Source: an uncultured Candidatus Saccharibacteria bacterium (GTDB lineage: Bacteria; Patescibacteriota; Minisyncoccia; Phycocordibacterales; Phycocordibacteraceae). From it: a stretch of 56,880 nt of DNA. A program made the translations under genes and the position numbers. Where the stretch lies: NCBI GenBank assembly GCA_964499455.1, contig CAZCLC010000002.1:1-56880 (forward strand), given 5' to 3'. Under the pieces are notes generated by a model. That model was not told the origin of the DNA. It worked only from the letters and a program-made list of their open reading frames with translations, and ran no database searches. Below, piece after piece: positions 54,790 through 56,880 of this stretch. Positions within the stretch are counted from its first letter, which is position 1. Each line of letters starts with the position of its first letter.

Positions 54790-55761
54790 ATGAAAACTAT
54801 TATTGGAGTATTAAGAGGCGGTCCATCACATGAACACGATATATCACTTGCAACAGGAAACACTATATTAAAAAATATACCATCTGAAAGTTTTACAGTA
54901 CGAGATATTTTTATTGATCAACAAGGTACATGGTATGTAATGGGGCGACCTATGCAGCCGTCGCGTGTATTAGATATGATTGATGTCGCGATTATAGGAT
55001 TACACGGTGAATATGGTGAAGACGGTGGAATACAAAAAATACTTGAACTACATGGTATTCCGTATTCTGGTTCTAATTTCTTTGCTTCATTTTTAGCAAT
55101 GCATAAAGCTCTTTCTAAAGAATTTGCACGTGATAATGGTTTGCATACACCAAGATATGTACTTATTGAATCTCAGAATGATATCAATCAACGTGTACAA
55201 GAAGCTATCAAGTTATTTATACCACCTGTTGTAATCAAACCAGCACAATGGGGTTCGTCAATTGGAGTTTCGCTTGTAACAGGATTTACTGCGTTAAAAA
55301 CGACAACAGAGTCTTTGTTTATAGATGGAGCTAAAAATATTTTACTTGAAGAATATATTCGTGGCAGAGAAGCATCTGTCGGCGTTATTGAACATTTTCG
55401 TAATGAAGAATTATATACACTTCCACCAACAGAAATTATTATAGATAATAATGAAGGATTCATTTCTTATAATACAAAAAAAAGTGTAGATGGTATAAAA
55501 ATATCGTGTCCAGCATCATTTTCATCAGAACAAAAAAATAAACTTACACAAGCTGCAATGACCATGCATCGTGTACTTGGAATGCGGCACTATTCTAATT
55601 CAGATTTTATCGTTACACCGGAACGTATATATTATCTTGAAACAAACTCTCTTCCTGGTTTTACAGAACAATCAGTTTTTCCTAAAATGCTTGAAGCTGT
55701 CGGCGCATCAAAGTCGGATTTTTTTGAACATCTTATCAAACTTTCTATAGAGCGTTCATAA
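54790..55761 (+). CDS. ddl: D-alanine--D-alanine ligase
   Basis: GGPSHEHDISL, LHGEYGEDGGIQ..LE and ATP-grasp blocks (VIKPAQWGSSIGV, EEYI.GRE). The ATG at 54790 is preferred over the GTG at 54763. Confidence 0.9.
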   Translation: MKTIIGVLRGGPSHEHDISLATGNTILKNIPSESFTVRDIFIDQQGTWYVMGRPMQPSRVLDMIDVAIIGLHGEYGEDGGIQKILELHGIPYSGSNFFASFLAMHKALSKEFARDNGLHTPRYVLIESQNDINQRVQEAIKLFIPPVVIKPAQWGSSIGVSLVTGFTALKTTTESLFIDGAKNILLEEYIRGREASVGVIEHFRNEELYTLPPTEIIIDNNEGFISYNTKKSVDGIKISCPASFSSEQKNKLTQAAMTMHRVLGMRHYSNSDFIVTPERIYYLETNSLPGFTEQSVFPKMLEAVGASKSDFFEHLIKLSIERS

Positions 55762-55839
55762 TAATCATAGTTGTAAATTAACAATTATGATTATAAAAAA
55801 TTGGCAAAAATAATAAAAACAGGTATGCTTCTCTTTATT

Positions 55840-55913
55840 GGGCCCATAGCTCAGCTGGTTAGAGCGCCGCATTTGCAATGCGGAGGTCAGGAGTCCGAAT
55901 CTCCTTGGGTCCA
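55840..55913 (+). tRNA. tRNA-Ala (anticodon UGC)
   Basis: GGGCCCATAGCTCAGCTGGTTAGAGCG. Anticodon loop TTTGCAA. The acceptor stem has G3:U70, and the T-loop is GGAGTCCGAATCTCC. CCA is not encoded. Confidence 0.93.
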
Positions 55914-56000
55914 CAATTTCAAATTAAAGATAAACTATATCATTAATTTTAAGTTGATGAATAGCTCGCCAGTGTATTCTCTGATATGCTCAAGTATTAT

Positions 56001-56075
56001 GGGCGGTTAGCTCAGTTTGGTTAGAGCGCACGCTTCACACGCGTGAGGTCACAGGTTCAAATCCTGTATCGCCCA
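56001..56075 (+). tRNA. tRNA-Val (anticodon CAC)
   Basis: GGGCGGTTAGCTCAGTTTGGTTAGAGC. Anticodon stem CACGC/GCGTG with loop TTCACAC. T-arm CAGGTTCAAATCCTG. Confidence 0.93.
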
Positions 56076-56159
56076 CTAGACAAATTATTAAAGTAAAAAA
56101 CATAATCATTTTAAATGATTAACTTATGCTAAAAGTAAAATTCGAATTACCAACAATAA

Positions 56160-56483
56160 AAAGAGAAGCTGAAATACTTAAAAGACACAAATATTGAAAC
56201 AGTTGGAGAAATTAGCGGAAAACCAGTCAAAGATCTTTCAACGAAATTGGTAAAATATGTGTATCAAAAAACAAAAGGTAAGTATATTATCATTGGATGT
56301 GGTGAAGTATTCTCAGCGGAAGATGCTTATGAAAAAATTAAAGCTGGAGCATCATTAATTCAGTTAGTCACGTGGATTATTTTTAACGGACCATAATTAA
56401 TTGGTGAAATAAATCAAGGTCTTGTAAAATTATTAAAAACTGATGGTTATGAAAATATCTCGCAAGCAATTGGCAAGTCATAA
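56160..56483 (+). pseudogene. pyrD: Dihydroorotate dehydrogenase (pyrD) 3' remnant with an in-frame stop
   Basis: The frame reads ETVGEISGKPVKDLSTKLVKYVYQKTKGKYIIIGCGEVFSAEDAYEKIKAGASLIQLVTWIIFNGP*LIGEINQGLVKLLKTDGYENISQAIGKS*. This matches only the C-terminal ~105 aa of PyrD (GGLSG...IIG.GG..S..DA.EKI.AGASL.Q). There is a TAA at 56394, and no upstream catalytic portion is present. Confidence 0.75.
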
Positions 56484-56520
56484 TTTATTTTTATATAAAA
56501 ATAAATGTATATATAAAGTA

Positions 56521-56544
56521 TAAGCCCCTGATCGCCAAGGGCTT
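56521..56544. terminator. Short hairpin between the pyrD remnant and a convergent small ORF
   Basis: TAAGCCC-ctgatcgcca-GGGCTTA. Confidence 0.4.
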
Positions 56545-56569
56545 ATTGTATCAGTATATAATTATTCAT

Positions 56570-56677
56570 TTATTTCTTATATAATTTATTTATACAAGAA
56601 ACAAATACCCATACTCCAACCATAGTCACTACAACGACTATGGTTGTTAATACAATAGAGACTATATTTATACCCAT
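56570..56677 (-). CDS. Small hydrophobic peptide (35 aa)
   Basis: Minus strand: AAAGGAGGTattATG, a perfect SD 3 nt from the ATG. The product is MGINIVSIVLTTIVVVVTMVGVWVFVSCINKLYKK, a single TM helix with a basic tail. It is below the ORF-track size cut-off. Confidence 0.45.
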   Translation of the reverse strand: MGINIVSIVLTTIVVVVTMVGVWVFVSCINKLYKK

Positions 56678-56820
56678 AATACCTCCTTTTATTGCTGTCT
56701 AATAATAATTTTATTACTTATTACTATATTTGTCAAAAACATATGCCCACTATTATATATGTTTACATTTTTATAAATGATATAGAATAACATATTAGAA
56801 TATGTTATTCTTCCTACATT

Positions 56821-56880
56821 CGGGTCGTAGTATACCGGTAGTACATACGCTTCGGGTGCGTATAGACCGGGTTCGATTCC
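56821..56880 (+). tRNA. tRNA-Pro (anticodon CGG), 3' end cut by the window edge
   Basis: CGGGTCGTAGTATACCGGTAGTAC. Anticodon stem TACGC/GCGTA with loop TTCGGGT. The T-arm start CCGGGTTCGATTCC is present. C1 is typical of bacterial tRNA-Pro. Confidence 0.8.

Noticed and set aside
53265-55761. Histidine kinase - response regulator - ddl as a Van-type resistance cluster
   Set aside because: The regulator is receiver-only with no DNA-binding domain. No vanH or vanX-like genes are present, and the ligase looks like an ordinary Ddl.
55801-56010. 69-aa plus-strand ORF
   Set aside because: It reads straight through tRNA-Ala (55840-55913) and into the start of tRNA-Val. The tRNA cloverleaves explain the sequence.

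Overview
This is an AT-rich (roughly one-third GC by eye), gene-dense window. It looks like a contig from a reduced-genome Patescibacteria/CPR (Parcubacteria-like) bacterium. The backbone is the translation supercluster: rpsL-rpsG-[PEBP gene]-fusA, an inserted marR/RND-efflux unit, then tuf-rpsJ and the S10/spc genes through secY-adk-map. There is no room for rpmD (L30) between rpsE and rplO. The cluster is cut into several promoter/terminator-delimited units. Other housekeeping genes are ndk, rnhB, thrS, dnaE, infC-rpmI-rplT, mpg, smpB plus tmRNA, ftsH, an FKBP PPIase, tgt, a histidine kinase with a receiver-only regulator, ddl, and tRNA-Ala, tRNA-Val and a partial tRNA-Pro. Accessory content:
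- A dockerin/cohesin surface-protein trio.
- An orphan pyrB and a decayed pyrD fragment.
- A multiply disrupted sortase pseudogene next to an Ig-repeat membrane protein carrying an internal IPYTG motif.
- A membrane-anchored PLD-type nuclease.
- A three-gene module with no clear precedent: a TraD/VirD4-like ATPase with an unknown N-terminal half, a 755-aa His-rich membrane protein and a small acidic protein.

Non-coding signals:
- A self-contained ~170-nt structured RNA candidate with its own promoter and terminator.
- A recurring promoter / 5' GC-hairpin / U-tract leader in front of translation genes.
- A near-absence of Shine-Dalgarno sequences, except before three small hydrophobic ORFs.
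- A GC-rich island with ambiguous coding.

No CRISPR array, transposase, integrase or rRNA gene was seen. All calls come from reading the sequence and the ORF translations; no database search was run.
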